From an uncultured delta proteobacterium (GTDB lineage Bacteria; Desulfobacterota; Zymogenia; Zymogenales; Zymogenaceae), in NCBI GenBank assembly GCA_963735595.1, contig CAVTLK010000004.1:224001-288000 (forward strand): a DNA stretch of 64,000 nucleotides, written 5' to 3'. A program made the translations under genes and the position numbers. The notes beneath the pieces were generated by a model. It did not search any database. It saw only the letters and a program-made list of their open reading frames with translations, and was not told the origin of the DNA. Of the stretch, positions 51,110 through 60,282 are shown one piece after another (position 1 is the first letter of the stretch; the number at the start of each line of letters is the position of its first letter).

Positions 51110-51355
51110 TCACTCCCCCTGGATCGCCGCCAGGTACCAGTTCATCGCCCGCTCCAGGTAGCAGAGCTCAAACAGCGTCGCGCCGTCGGAGACGGCGAAG
51201 TGGTGGCGGGTCTCCCGGCCCTCGGCGTCTTTCCAGGTGTGGGTCACGCGCTGGACGGTGTATTTCCTGCCCCTCCAGTAAAACCACTTGGGCTGGACCT
51301 TGCCGCCGCCGAAGACGGCCCCTACCTTTATCGGTTCTTCTATGACGGTAATCAT
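51110..51355 (-). CDS. Small DUF6504-like protein
   Basis: 81 aa with the pattern PKWFYWRGRKYTVQRVTHTW; lies between lexA and dinB. Confidence 0.65.
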   Translation of the reverse strand: MITVIEEPIKVGAVFGGGKVQPKWFYWRGRKYTVQRVTHTWKDAEGRETRHHFAVSDGATLFELCYLERAMNWYLAAIQGE

Positions 51356-51457
51356 GGTTGTCACCCCAAAAGGCAGGCCTTCTGGGGGCTCCGACGGGAG
51401 AGACCCCTCCCCGCGATGACGGTGAATAGAAAACCTTTTGGGTGCCTCCGGCATCCC

Positions 51458-52093
51458 TCATTCCGGCACCACCAGGCCCCCCTCGAGGTCACGGACGACC
51501 CCGACGACCTTGCCGATGATCGTCAGGAACGAGGCCGCCTCACCCACGAAGAAGATCGGCTCCATGGCGCTGTTTTCGGGAAAGAGGGTCACGCCGTCGG
51601 CGTCGCGCCGGTAGCGCTTCACGGTGGCCTCGTTGTCGATGAGCGCCACGACGATGTCCCCGTTTTCGGCCGTCTCCTGCGGCCGGACCAGCACCAGGTC
51701 GCCCGGGGCGATATGGGCGCCGATCATGCTGTCTCCCCGGACCTTCAAAAAGAAGAGGTCATTTTTGCCGCGCGCGCCGGAGAGCGACACGTAGCCCTCC
51801 AGGTTTTCCACGGCGGTGACGGGGCTGCCCGCCGCGACGTGCCCGATCACCGGGATTCCGGGGGGTTTCCCCTCCCCGGGCGACCCGACCACCCGGATGG
51901 CGCGGGCGTTTTCGGGCTCGCGCCGGATGTAGCCCTTGGCGGCCAGCGCGTCCAGGAACTGCTTTGCCCCCTTGGGGCCGGAGATCCCGAGGGCCGAGGC
52001 CAGCTCCCGGACGGTGGGCGGGTAGCCGTGCCGTTCCGTGTAGGCGGCCACGAAGTCCAGCGCCTCTTTCTGCCGCTTGGTCAATCCTTCCAC
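51458..52093 (-). CDS. lexA: LexA repressor
   Basis: LTKRQ, YPPTVREL, AG cleavage site VAAGSP, catalytic GDSM and TVK. Confidence 0.95.
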   Translation of the reverse strand: MEGLTKRQKEALDFVAAYTERHGYPPTVRELASALGISGPKGAKQFLDALAAKGYIRREPENARAIRVVGSPGEGKPPGIPVIGHVAAGSPVTAVENLEGYVSLSGARGKNDLFFLKVRGDSMIGAHIAPGDLVLVRPQETAENGDIVVALIDNEATVKRYRRDADGVTLFPENSAMEPIFFVGEAASFLTIIGKVVGVVRDLEGGLVVPE

Positions 52094-52146
52094 GATGTCG
52101 ATGCCTCCGATCAGGGGGAAAAGACCCCCGGCGCCGGGAGATTTCC

Positions 52147-52350
52147 GGCACGCGATGAATCATGCACCCACGGGTAGCGGGGTTTTGTGCGTTGCCCTGA
52201 TTTCACTGTGCGCCGGGTGGCACTGACAATACGTAACGATGCCGCCTCCGGCGGCGATTACTATTGTCATTGCGAGGAGGCCGAAGGCCGACGCGGCAAC
52301 CCGCTTGTCAGTGTGAGGGACGGACGGACACGACACGTCCGAGTCCCTAC
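52147..52350. repeat. Right arm of the long inverted repeat; 93-bp core at 52221-52313
   Basis: Mirror image of 50725-50945. Confidence 0.9.
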
Positions 52351-52415
52351 AGTGTGTAAGTCCGTCTCGTGTTTGAACCCGTAGCGGCGGGCCTCGTCAT
52401 GCCCGTCCTCCATCT

Positions 52416-52558
52416 CGTCATTGCGAGGAGGCCGTCAGGCCGACGAAGCAATCTCCTCGCCGCCGGAGGCCATGTCCTGAAACGGGAAATACAGCCCCAC
52501 GAGAGCCAAGCGCGATGATGAGATTGCTTCGGTCGCTCATGCTCCCTCGCAATGACGA
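52416..52558. repeat. Complete GTCATTGCGAG...CTCGCAATGAC doublet (REPIN-like)
   Basis: GTCATTGCGAG..GAAGCAATCTC...GAGATTGCTTC..CTCGCAATGAC. Confidence 0.85.
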
Positions 52559-52615
52559 GTGAGGTAACGGCGAAAACAAGGACTCCGGGTCTCTTCGGGC
52601 AATCTATGTCCCGAA

Positions 52616-52666
52616 TACCCAACAAACGTTACCTATACTATACCGGGGGGGCGGGGGGCGTGTCAA
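52616..52666 (-). promoter_or_regulatory. Promoter for lexA-DUF6504-dinB with a candidate LexA box
   Basis: Minus strand TTGACA-18 bp-TATAGT followed by TAGGTAACGTTTGTTGGGTA (AAC-N4-GTT core). Confidence 0.5.
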
Positions 52667-52701
52667 GGGAAAAGTGTCGGCAGGGCGCTCGCTTTTTCGG
52701 G

Positions 52702-52858
52702 CGTTGTCGCGAGGGAGTGAAACGGCCGAAATAGTCCCCTGCTCGTCGGTGACAGTCGGGGGATTGCCACGTCGGGCTACGCCCTCCTCGCAATGACGGT
52801 GAAGTGACGGTGATAGCGTGGTTGCCACGGGCGCTTCCGCGCCCTCGCGATGACGGTA
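52702..52858. repeat. Cluster of GTCATTGCGAG-family repeats
   Basis: GATTGCCACG...CTCGCAATGACGG and GTTGCCACG...CTCGCGATGACGG. Confidence 0.75.
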
Positions 52859-52894
52859 GAGTGGCGGAAAGAGATCTAACGCCGAGCGGCGGGC

Positions 52895-53806
52895 CTACAC
52901 CTTCGGGGTATCGGCGGGCTCGAACAAGAGCCGGCACGTCCCGCAGGGGGAGCGCAGCAGCAGCTCGTCGCGGGGTGACTCTATGCGGCGGCCCGTCTTG
53001 TCCGTCTTTTCCCATAAGGCGCGGGGGCCGATCGTGTAGATCGCGCTCAGCGTCGGGTCGGTCTCGTATTTCCTGACCAGCTCGGAAAGCCGCGTCTCGT
53101 TGAGGTTCCCCAAAAAGAGGGGGTGGCCGCCATCGATGTTGGCCGCCTCGCCGCAGCAGGCGTAGACGTCCCCGTTGGGGAAGATGAAGGGCATCCTCAG
53201 CGACAGGCAGGGGGCGTGCGGGTTTTCGTCCGGGAAATCGGCGGGGTCGATCTTTTCCCTGGCCTGCCCGATGTACATCACCGGGGCATACGCGATTTTG
53301 CCCGGGTCGGGCAGCCCCGCGGCCACGAGCCCCTTTTCGATCTCCTCCCGGTTGTCGGACGTGCGCATCGTGGCCCGCACCACGTAGGGGATGCCGAGGC
53401 TCTCCGCCGCCCGGGCGGCGTTGACGACCCGGTCTATCGGGATGAACTCCTGGTGGAAGGAATCGGCCGAGAGGCCCATCCCGAGGGTCCCCACGTAGCA
53501 GGAGAGGCGCCCGCGCGCAACCGCCTCGGTCTTTGCCCAGGAGGCGTTGGTGACGAAGGTGAAGGGCAGGCCGAGGCGCCTGGCCTCATCCACGGCAAAA
53601 TCGAAGACGTCCTTCACGACGAAGACCTCGCCGCCCGAAAGCCCCACCGCCTGTATGCCGGGAGTCCCGGCAACGTCGGCAATGAAGCGGGCAAGGTCGT
53701 CCCGCGTAAAGTCCCGGTCGGCCGACTTCGTGTACCACGCGCCGCAGTGGCGGCAGCGGCTGGTGCACCGGCGGGTCAGAAAAAAGGATACGGTCAGGTG
53801 ATCCAC
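52895..53806 (-). CDS. Radical SAM protein with a C-terminal twitch/SPASM-like domain (EpeE/YydG-like)
   Basis: CTSRCRHC, SGGE, VTNASWA, SADSFHQEF, C-x12-YACCG, PCGTC. Confidence 0.85.
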   Translation of the reverse strand: MDHLTVSFFLTRRCTSRCRHCGAWYTKSADRDFTRDDLARFIADVAGTPGIQAVGLSGGEVFVVKDVFDFAVDEARRLGLPFTFVTNASWAKTEAVARGRLSCYVGTLGMGLSADSFHQEFIPIDRVVNAARAAESLGIPYVVRATMRTSDNREEIEKGLVAAGLPDPGKIAYAPVMYIGQAREKIDPADFPDENPHAPCLSLRMPFIFPNGDVYACCGEAANIDGGHPLFLGNLNETRLSELVRKYETDPTLSAIYTIGPRALWEKTDKTGRRIESPRDELLLRSPCGTCRLLFEPADTPKV

Positions 53807-53809
53807 CGG

Positions 53810-54274
53810 CTATTTCTCCGCTTTCTTGAGCTGGGGGGGGAGGTAATCGTTGAAGATGGTGAACTTGTGTTCGACGAACCTGAAGGAGTTGATCTTCGTG
53901 AAGGCCATGCGGCCCTGTTCGTCCGGCTCGGTCCAGTTGAGCCCCTCGGGGAACATGCAGTCCTGGTAAAAACCGGGGCCCAGCGGCGGCATGATGACGT
54001 CCCGCCCGGCGGCGTCCGGCGTCCTGATTCCCGTATACTTGCACCCCTTCTCGACGAAGAAGCGCGCCTGCCAGTAGGCCGGCGACGTCTTGTCCTCGCT
54101 CATCATATAGTCCGGGCCCGCGTAGAGCGTGAAGGAGCAGGGGACGAAGCCGCCGAGCTCCGCCTTCAGGTCGTCCACCCGGTCGGTGAAGACGCGCGGG
54201 TTGCCCTGCCACATGGGCTGGTCCCAGAAGACGAGGATCAGCGGCGTTACGGTGAGCTTGCGGGGCGGTTTCAT
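53810..54274 (-). CDS. Hypothetical protein coupled to the radical SAM gene
   Basis: 154 aa with an AAGGA RBS; stops 3 bp before the radical SAM start. Confidence 0.7.
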   Translation of the reverse strand: MKPPRKLTVTPLILVFWDQPMWQGNPRVFTDRVDDLKAELGGFVPCSFTLYAGPDYMMSEDKTSPAYWQARFFVEKGCKYTGIRTPDAAGRDVIMPPLGPGFYQDCMFPEGLNWTEPDEQGRMAFTKINSFRFVEHKFTIFNDYLPPQLKKAEK

Positions 54275-54325
54275 GCGGTTTTCCTTACCGATTGCCGGGG
54301 ACGCAGAGCGCCCCGGCGGGCTTTC

Positions 54326-54403
54326 CTTTGTGCCTTCGTGGTGATAATCGTCCGCTACGGTCCGGGAGGAAGACATTTACCACAAAGGCACGAAGACACG
54401 AAG
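54326..54403. repeat. ACCACAAAGGCACGAAG-type repeats (outward-facing pair)
   Basis: CTTTGTGCCTTCGTGGT at 54326 and ACCACAAAGGCACGAAGACACGAAG at 54379. Confidence 0.7.
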
Positions 54404-54597
54404 GCGAAAGGATATAGGCGACACGAAGGGCTCGTCAGTAGGCCCGCGAATACCCTTTTTAATAGTATCCCCCTTCGTACTGCAACGGTGAACGCACTTT
54501 TTACATATAGCACCGCGCCGGGCCGTTGTCAATCGGAAGCCGCCGCGCCCCATCAATCGCCTTGACAATGTCCAAAATAATGGTACGATAGACAAAT

Positions 54598-55314
54598 ATG
54601 AGGAACTGGTTTAAGAAAACGTTCGAGAAAAAACCGGCAGGTCCAAAAACCGGGGAAGAACAGCAAAAAGAGCATACTATCTCCTCCCTCTACGAGATCG
54701 TCGAAGACCACCTCAAATCGCTCGACCACGATCAGCTCAAGGGCATCAGCAGCGATTTCGCCGAGCGCTTTGCCGCCCACCAGGAGATCATCTCCGAGAT
54801 CGTAAAAACCCCCACGCCCCGCGGCAAACGCGGGCTGGCGGCAGTCCGCACTGACGACGGCCCGGACGATTACGTCATGATCGACGCCAGGGCGCGCGTC
54901 GCGGCGGGCCTTCCCGTGCACAGCGCCGCCGGCGACCACCCGGACGAGATAATCCTCTCCCATTACGACCGGATGATCCGGTCGCAGTATGACCGCCTTA
55001 TCGACCTGACGATGGATTTCCTCCGGGGGGTCACGGACGCGGAGATCGGCAGGCTCGACGCCGAGACGGCCAGGATCGCCTCCGCTATCGGCGAGCTTCG
55101 CGACGCCCTGGCCGGACAGATCGAGCAGCTCGACGAAGACCTCGAAAACACCCGGCAGCTCCACCACAACCTCATCTTTTCCCTCGAAAAGCGGATAGTC
55201 GAGCAGAACCGGAGGGCCGACCTGGCGTGGCGGCGGATAAAGATCCTGATCGCCGCCGTCATTGGCGCGGGTCTCGTGGGCGCGGTCGCCCTTGTCCTTT
55301 CGCTTATCAGATAA
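54598..55314 (+). CDS. Hypothetical coiled-coil protein with a C-terminal TM anchor
   Basis: 238-aa ORF; a TTGACA/TACGAT promoter at 54562-54589 suggests a very short leader. Confidence 0.7.
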   Translation: MRNWFKKTFEKKPAGPKTGEEQQKEHTISSLYEIVEDHLKSLDHDQLKGISSDFAERFAAHQEIISEIVKTPTPRGKRGLAAVRTDDGPDDYVMIDARARVAAGLPVHSAAGDHPDEIILSHYDRMIRSQYDRLIDLTMDFLRGVTDAEIGRLDAETARIASAIGELRDALAGQIEQLDEDLENTRQLHHNLIFSLEKRIVEQNRRADLAWRRIKILIAAVIGAGLVGAVALVLSLIR

Positions 55315-55359
55315 CCGCTACGGCCTTTCCTCGGGCGGTTTTCACAGCGGGCCTCATAC

Positions 55360-57696
55360 ATGGCGATTCGGATAAAAAGACCGAGAATCGGCATCACCCT
55401 CAGGTTCTTTCTGCTTTTTGCCTCCGTAGGCCTCATCCCCATCGGGTTCATGTCGTTTTACGCATTCTGGCAGATCAACCGGCAGGTCGCCTTCGAGGTC
55501 GAAAACAACCTGACCAACGTCGGTCTCCGTTTCAGGGACGACGTGAGCCGGACGATCGACGAGGCGACGCGGATAGACGACTCGATCGCCGCCGACCCGG
55601 TCTTTTCCGACGGGAGGGCGCGCCGGGCCGACATCGAGCGCGAGATGGAGCTGCTGCGGGACGAATCCCCGGAGATCAGGGGCCTCTACCTGCTGAAGGG
55701 AAGGGAGGTGCTGTCTTCCAGCGGGCCGCGGGCGTTTGTCAGCGGCGACCCGGGAATCCTGGACTTTTCCACCGCCGCCCCGTACGTTTCGGCCCCCCGC
55801 CCGTTTCCCGATAACGTAAACCCGGCGTTTCTCGTGTCTGTCCCGGTCAAAACGGGGGCGGGCGGCATGCCGACGGTGCTGGTCGCCGCCGTGGACGCGC
55901 GCGCCCTGATGGACGCGGCGCGCCTGGTCAGGATCGGGGAGACGGGGCGCGCCTACGTCATCGACGATTCGGGAAACGTCGTGGCGGGGCCGGACGCGGC
56001 CGGCCTCTTCATGCCGTTTGCCGACGAGGCAGTCACGCGGCGGATAGCCACCGTGGGAGAGGGCATCATCCACTACACCGTCCACAATACCGACGGGCCG
56101 GACCTGCGCCACATCGCCTTTGTCGCGTCGGTGCCGGAGAGGGAGCGGCCGTTGCCCCGGGGCCTCCGGGTGCTGGTCACCTACGGTGAGGACGAGGCCT
56201 ACCTGGTCGCCGATCAAATCGGCGACAGCATCGGCGTCGCCCTCATCATGATACTCGCGGCAACCTCGCTCTTTTCCTTCCTGCTCTCCCGGACGATAAC
56301 GCGTCCCATCAGGGAGATCAGCCGGGGCACCGAGCGGATCAGGGCGGGGGATTTTTCGCGGGAGATCACGGTGCGCTCCCGCGACGAAATCGGCGAGCTT
56401 GCCCGGTCGTTCAACCGCATGGCCGGGGAGCTTTCGATCTCCCGGGAATTCATGGAGAACTACAACCGGGAGCTGGAGCGGCAGGTGCAGGAGCGGAGCC
56501 AAAAGCTCGAAGACTCCGAGCGGAAGTACCGGATGGTGGTGGAGGGGTCGGGCGACGGCTGGACGATCCTGGGGGAGGACCTCTCGATCCTGTTTGCCAA
56601 CGATACGCTGGCCCGGATGCTGGGCGTGCGGCCGACCAAACTCGCCCGCACGAACCTCTCGGAATTCCTCTCGCGCGGCGAAGAGGTGCGGGTGCGCGAA
56701 GCGGTAGCCCGGGTGATCGGGCGGGCCGGGTCCGTCCGGGCGCTCACCTTTGAGGCCGAGGGGGCCGGCGAAAGGCGGATCGTTTTTTCGGGGACGTTTT
56801 CGGCAATGCCGGCCGACACGGACGGCCGGGTCATCGCGCACCTGGTTGACCAGACCGGGCTTGTGGAGCTCGAGGCGCAGAAGGAACGGCTCCAATTGGA
56901 GCTGATGGAGCGGTCCAAGCACTCCCAGATCGGGATCATGACCGAGGGCCTGTTCCACAACCTCAACAACCCCCTGCAGGGGCTCCTCGGCCTGTTGCGT
57001 GTCATACAGCAGGATATCGGCCGGACGCTCGGGGGGCGGGACGCGCCCGGGGACGCGCAGATTGAGGCGTCCGGCCAGATCGTCCGCGACGTGGACGAGA
57101 CCTACGCCATCGCCCGGCGTCTTTCCGACCAGGTCAAGAACCTGTTGATGAAGATCAGGAAAGAATCCAGGCGCAAGGTCGAGGACCTCGACCTCAACGC
57201 GATCGTACGGGCGGAGGTGGCGTTCCTGGAGGCCGACCTCTTCTTCAAGCACAAGGTGGAAAAACGGCTCTCGCTGGCCGACCGGCTCCCCCTGCTCCCC
57301 GGGGTCTATTCGGACATCTCGCAGAGCTTCGTGAACATCATCCTCAACGCGACCGACGCCATGCGCGAGTCGGCCGAGCGGCGGCTCACCATCACCACGG
57401 CGCTCGAAAAAAAGAGGATCGCCGTGACCTTTCACGACACCGGCAGCGGGATAGACGAAGCGAGCCTGCCCCACATCTTTGACCCCTTCTTTACCACCAA
57501 GTACGAAAAGGAGCAGGGGACGGGGCTGGGGCTCTATACCGTCGATTTTCTCCTGAAACCCTACCGGGTGGGCTACCGGGTCACGTCACGGCCGGGAGAC
57601 ACGTCCATTTCGCTGCTCTTTCCCACGAAAGGGCTGGGCAGGAAAAAGGAGAAGGCCGGCGCCGAAACGGCCCTTGCCGAAGAAACGGCCGGATGA
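55360..57696 (+). CDS. Sensor histidine kinase (Cache-like, HAMP, PAS, HisKA, HATPase)
   Basis: 2 TM helices, DEIGELARSFNRM, HNLNNPL, NATDAM, DTGSG, FFTTK, GTGLGL. Confidence 0.9.
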   Translation: MAIRIKRPRIGITLRFFLLFASVGLIPIGFMSFYAFWQINRQVAFEVENNLTNVGLRFRDDVSRTIDEATRIDDSIAADPVFSDGRARRADIEREMELLRDESPEIRGLYLLKGREVLSSSGPRAFVSGDPGILDFSTAAPYVSAPRPFPDNVNPAFLVSVPVKTGAGGMPTVLVAAVDARALMDAARLVRIGETGRAYVIDDSGNVVAGPDAAGLFMPFADEAVTRRIATVGEGIIHYTVHNTDGPDLRHIAFVASVPERERPLPRGLRVLVTYGEDEAYLVADQIGDSIGVALIMILAATSLFSFLLSRTITRPIREISRGTERIRAGDFSREITVRSRDEIGELARSFNRMAGELSISREFMENYNRELERQVQERSQKLEDSERKYRMVVEGSGDGWTILGEDLSILFANDTLARMLGVRPTKLARTNLSEFLSRGEEVRVREAVARVIGRAGSVRALTFEAEGAGERRIVFSGTFSAMPADTDGRVIAHLVDQTGLVELEAQKERLQLELMERSKHSQIGIMTEGLFHNLNNPLQGLLGLLRVIQQDIGRTLGGRDAPGDAQIEASGQIVRDVDETYAIARRLSDQVKNLLMKIRKESRRKVEDLDLNAIVRAEVAFLEADLFFKHKVEKRLSLADRLPLLPGVYSDISQSFVNIILNATDAMRESAERRLTITTALEKKRIAVTFHDTGSGIDEASLPHIFDPFFTTKYEKEQGTGLGLYTVDFLLKPYRVGYRVTSRPGDTSISLLFPTKGLGRKKEKAGAETALAEETAG

Positions 57697-57812
57697 TCCC
57701 GGCGGTGTCGTTCCGGGTTAGAAGGAATAGGTGCGGTACGTAAGACACGCTTCTTCCCTCTCGTTCACCCCACGTGTTCTACTATTAAGTAACGCGGATT
57801 TTCCTAGCGGGA

Positions 57813-58433
57813 TTAACTGATCGCGGCAGAAAACAACAAATATATGATCGACGCCACGAGAGTAAGGCTGAAGTAGATCAGCAATGCTATCAGACAGCCT
57901 TTACCCTTTTGCGGGAGCCCGGTCGCCCTTTGATTCTTTGAGGCTTCGCCGAGGAAGACGCCGACCAGCACGAAACATACCAGAAAGACGATAAAGCCCA
58001 GAATGGGCACTATTCCTACGAAGGCCACTAGACCGGGCGAGGCGATGCTGGCGATTGCCATGATAAAGGCGAGAAAAGACGGCACCAGGTAGGAGACAAG
58101 GATGAGAACGCTCACCTTTACGTAGTTTCTGGAGGCGGCGGGTGGTGGTGTGAAACGGGGAGAGGGAGTCTCTCTTTTCGATTCCGAGCCGGGTGACGTA
58201 TCCTCGAAACCGGGGACGACGTTTCGCTCGATGACCATCTCCGGCTCGGCTTCGGTCCTCGTTTCTCTATTGGCTTCCCCGATCGGGAAGGAGACGCCGA
58301 TCCGGGGATCGTCCGTCTTCAGGATTTTAAACTTCCGTTTGCACGTCGGGCATCCGACAATGCGGCCCTCCTCCGGGACAAGCTTCTCGCTTATATTCCC
58401 GCTATAGTGGCAATAGGGACACGTTATTTTCAT
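57813..58433 (-). CDS. Zinc-ribbon (MJ0042-like) membrane protein
   Basis: CPYC...CPTC, a Pro-rich linker and 3 TM helices. Confidence 0.75.
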   Translation of the reverse strand: MKITCPYCHYSGNISEKLVPEEGRIVGCPTCKRKFKILKTDDPRIGVSFPIGEANRETRTEAEPEMVIERNVVPGFEDTSPGSESKRETPSPRFTPPPAASRNYVKVSVLILVSYLVPSFLAFIMAIASIASPGLVAFVGIVPILGFIVFLVCFVLVGVFLGEASKNQRATGLPQKGKGCLIALLIYFSLTLVASIIYLLFSAAIS

Positions 58434-58492
58434 ACGTCGCTCATGTCATATTTGCACGTTTCAGGGAGGATTATAAGGACCGGGTCGGGTCG

Positions 58493-58927
58493 TCACGAGA
58501 ACCTAGTCCCTAGGGGATTTCCATAGGCGTCCTGTTTCATGACGTCAGCCAGTATCAGTATCCCCTCGATAAAACCCCAGACGGCGCCGATTCCGCATGT
58601 CAAGCACGTTACGACGATCTGGACGATGCCGATACCGATATACCCCAGGTAGAAGCGATGTATGCCTATTCCCCCCAGGAAGATCCCGAATAGACCTGCG
58701 GCGATCTTCGATTTCCCGACCACTTGCTTGTCCCGGAGCTCCTGCGCGGTGGGGAACACCTCCTTGGCCATGCCGTCTGTGACAACAAAATCTACCTGCA
58801 TCCCGGCGCGGGGGGGGAACGTGTATTTCCAGTCATGTACCTTGAATGGAAAGCGCCTTTCTCCGGTACTGATGACTCCCGAAAGGGTATTCATGTCGTA
58901 GCCCAACACGTATCCGATCTCACCCAT
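58493..58927 (-). CDS. TM2-domain protein with a cold-shock-like N-terminus
   Basis: KSKIAAGLFGIFLGGIGIHRFYLG, WGFIEGI. Confidence 0.85.
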   Translation of the reverse strand: MGEIGYVLGYDMNTLSGVISTGERRFPFKVHDWKYTFPPRAGMQVDFVVTDGMAKEVFPTAQELRDKQVVGKSKIAAGLFGIFLGGIGIHRFYLGYIGIGIVQIVVTCLTCGIGAVWGFIEGILILADVMKQDAYGNPLGTRFS

Positions 58928-59194
58928 TACCCGACCTCCTTAACGCCCTTATCATTTTCCGGCTCTCAGGGATTCATTTGAGCCGATCCGCCTAGCCGAA
59001 GGATCTAAGCATTGACAATAAAAGTACATTAAACAAAGAGCGTTTGTCAATGAAAAACCCGAGAGTACAGCATAAAGGTTTTCTATATACTTGCTAATTT
59101 ACTCGCCTGGGGGAAATGACGCATACGAGCGGATTACTTCGATGCGAAGGGGGGCCGGTGGCCCCCCTTTTTATTGCCCGCCGCGTTTCCGTCG

Positions 59195-59368
59195 TCACTT
59201 CGCCGTCATTGACGGGAGGCGTGCGTCTCCCATCGGGGCCCCCGCGGAGCCTGCTCCGTGGGGCGACGGTCTATCCCCTGACTACGGGGGAGGGACGTGA
59301 GGCCGGCCGGCGTTCGCGCGAGACAGTGAGGGGATTGCCACGGGCCCTTCAGGCCCTCGCAAAGACGT
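59195..59368. repeat. REP-like repeat cluster
   Basis: CACTTCGCCGTCATT... (related to the reverse complement of 51375-51428) and GACAGTGAGGGGATTGCCACG...CTCGCAAAGAC. Confidence 0.65.
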
Positions 59369-59410
59369 TGGAAACGAGACGGCCGCTCCTTCAATTCGCC
59401 CTTTGCCGTA

Positions 59411-60073
59411 CTACCGGTCGAGGAGGCCGACGACGATCCGGCAGTGATCGTTGCCCTTTTGCGCCTGGCAGTATTCCTCCTTCCCCTTTATCGCCGAGAT
59501 GACCTTTTCGTCCGCGCCCTTTTCTTTCAAAATGAGGCGCAGCATCGAGACGAGCCAGCCCACCTGGTAGTCGCAGAAGGTCTGCTTGTAGTCTATCTTC
59601 AGCCCCGTGTTCCTCTCGGCGGCCGATTCCATTATCCGCACCACGGTCGTGGAGGAGGGGTGGTTCTTCAGCAGGCACACGATCCTCGGGTTCCCGGGGT
59701 TTAAGTCTATCTCCGGGTGCTGGTAGATTCCCCAGCCGGTCGCAAGCCCGATCGTCCCATAGTAATTGATGAGGCTCTCGTCCCACTTCGCATATCCCGC
59801 CTGGACCGTCTCGATGGAAAACAGCTCCGAAGCGTAGTACCCGCCGTGGTACATGAGGTTCTTCATGCCGTTCTGGCCCATCATTTCGAAGATGGCCAGC
59901 GTCATCGGGGCGAACATAAGATCGCGGGTCGTGAAGATCGCGTTGAGGCCCATGGTCTTGAGCATTGCCACGTCGGCCCCGTCCCGCTGGTGCTTGAGGT
60001 CCTGCAGAATAGTGCCGAGGAGACCCGAAGCGGTCTCAAAGATGTTGTTGTCGATCGCCAGCTTGTCGCTCAT
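59411..60073 (-). CDS. Stand-alone V4R-domain protein
   Basis: GWG, FCDYQVGW, EEYCQAQKGNDHCR. Confidence 0.75.
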   Translation of the reverse strand: MSDKLAIDNNIFETASGLLGTILQDLKHQRDGADVAMLKTMGLNAIFTTRDLMFAPMTLAIFEMMGQNGMKNLMYHGGYYASELFSIETVQAGYAKWDESLINYYGTIGLATGWGIYQHPEIDLNPGNPRIVCLLKNHPSSTTVVRIMESAAERNTGLKIDYKQTFCDYQVGWLVSMLRLILKEKGADEKVISAIKGKEEYCQAQKGNDHCRIVVGLLDR

Positions 60074-60282
60074 CAGTAACTCCAAAAAGAGGTGTTGAAT
60101 GCACTTTGAATGTACTTGAAGGTAACAGGCCGATCGCCCCCGCGTCAAGCGAATAGATACGCGTTTGCGCAATATGCAAATTATTATTTGTACTTATCTC
60201 TGCTTTTGTTACAGAAATGAATCGCGGGCCATTTTTCAATGGGACGGCCGGCGGGAACGGCGTGTCGTGTCCGTCTCCGGCG

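Noticed and set aside
50560..52860. Repeat-rich region as a CRISPR array, integron or IS element; ORFs such as 50554-51345, 50581-50865 and 52187-52384
   Set aside because: No regular repeat-spacer period, attC pattern, integrase or transposase. The ORFs are translations of the repeats (shared YYCHCEEAEGRRGN).
55354..57474. Long antisense ORFs (706 aa here; also 48574-50334, 53123-54565, 31627-32937)
   Set aside because: Shadow frames of recognisable GC-rich genes, with no motifs of their own.
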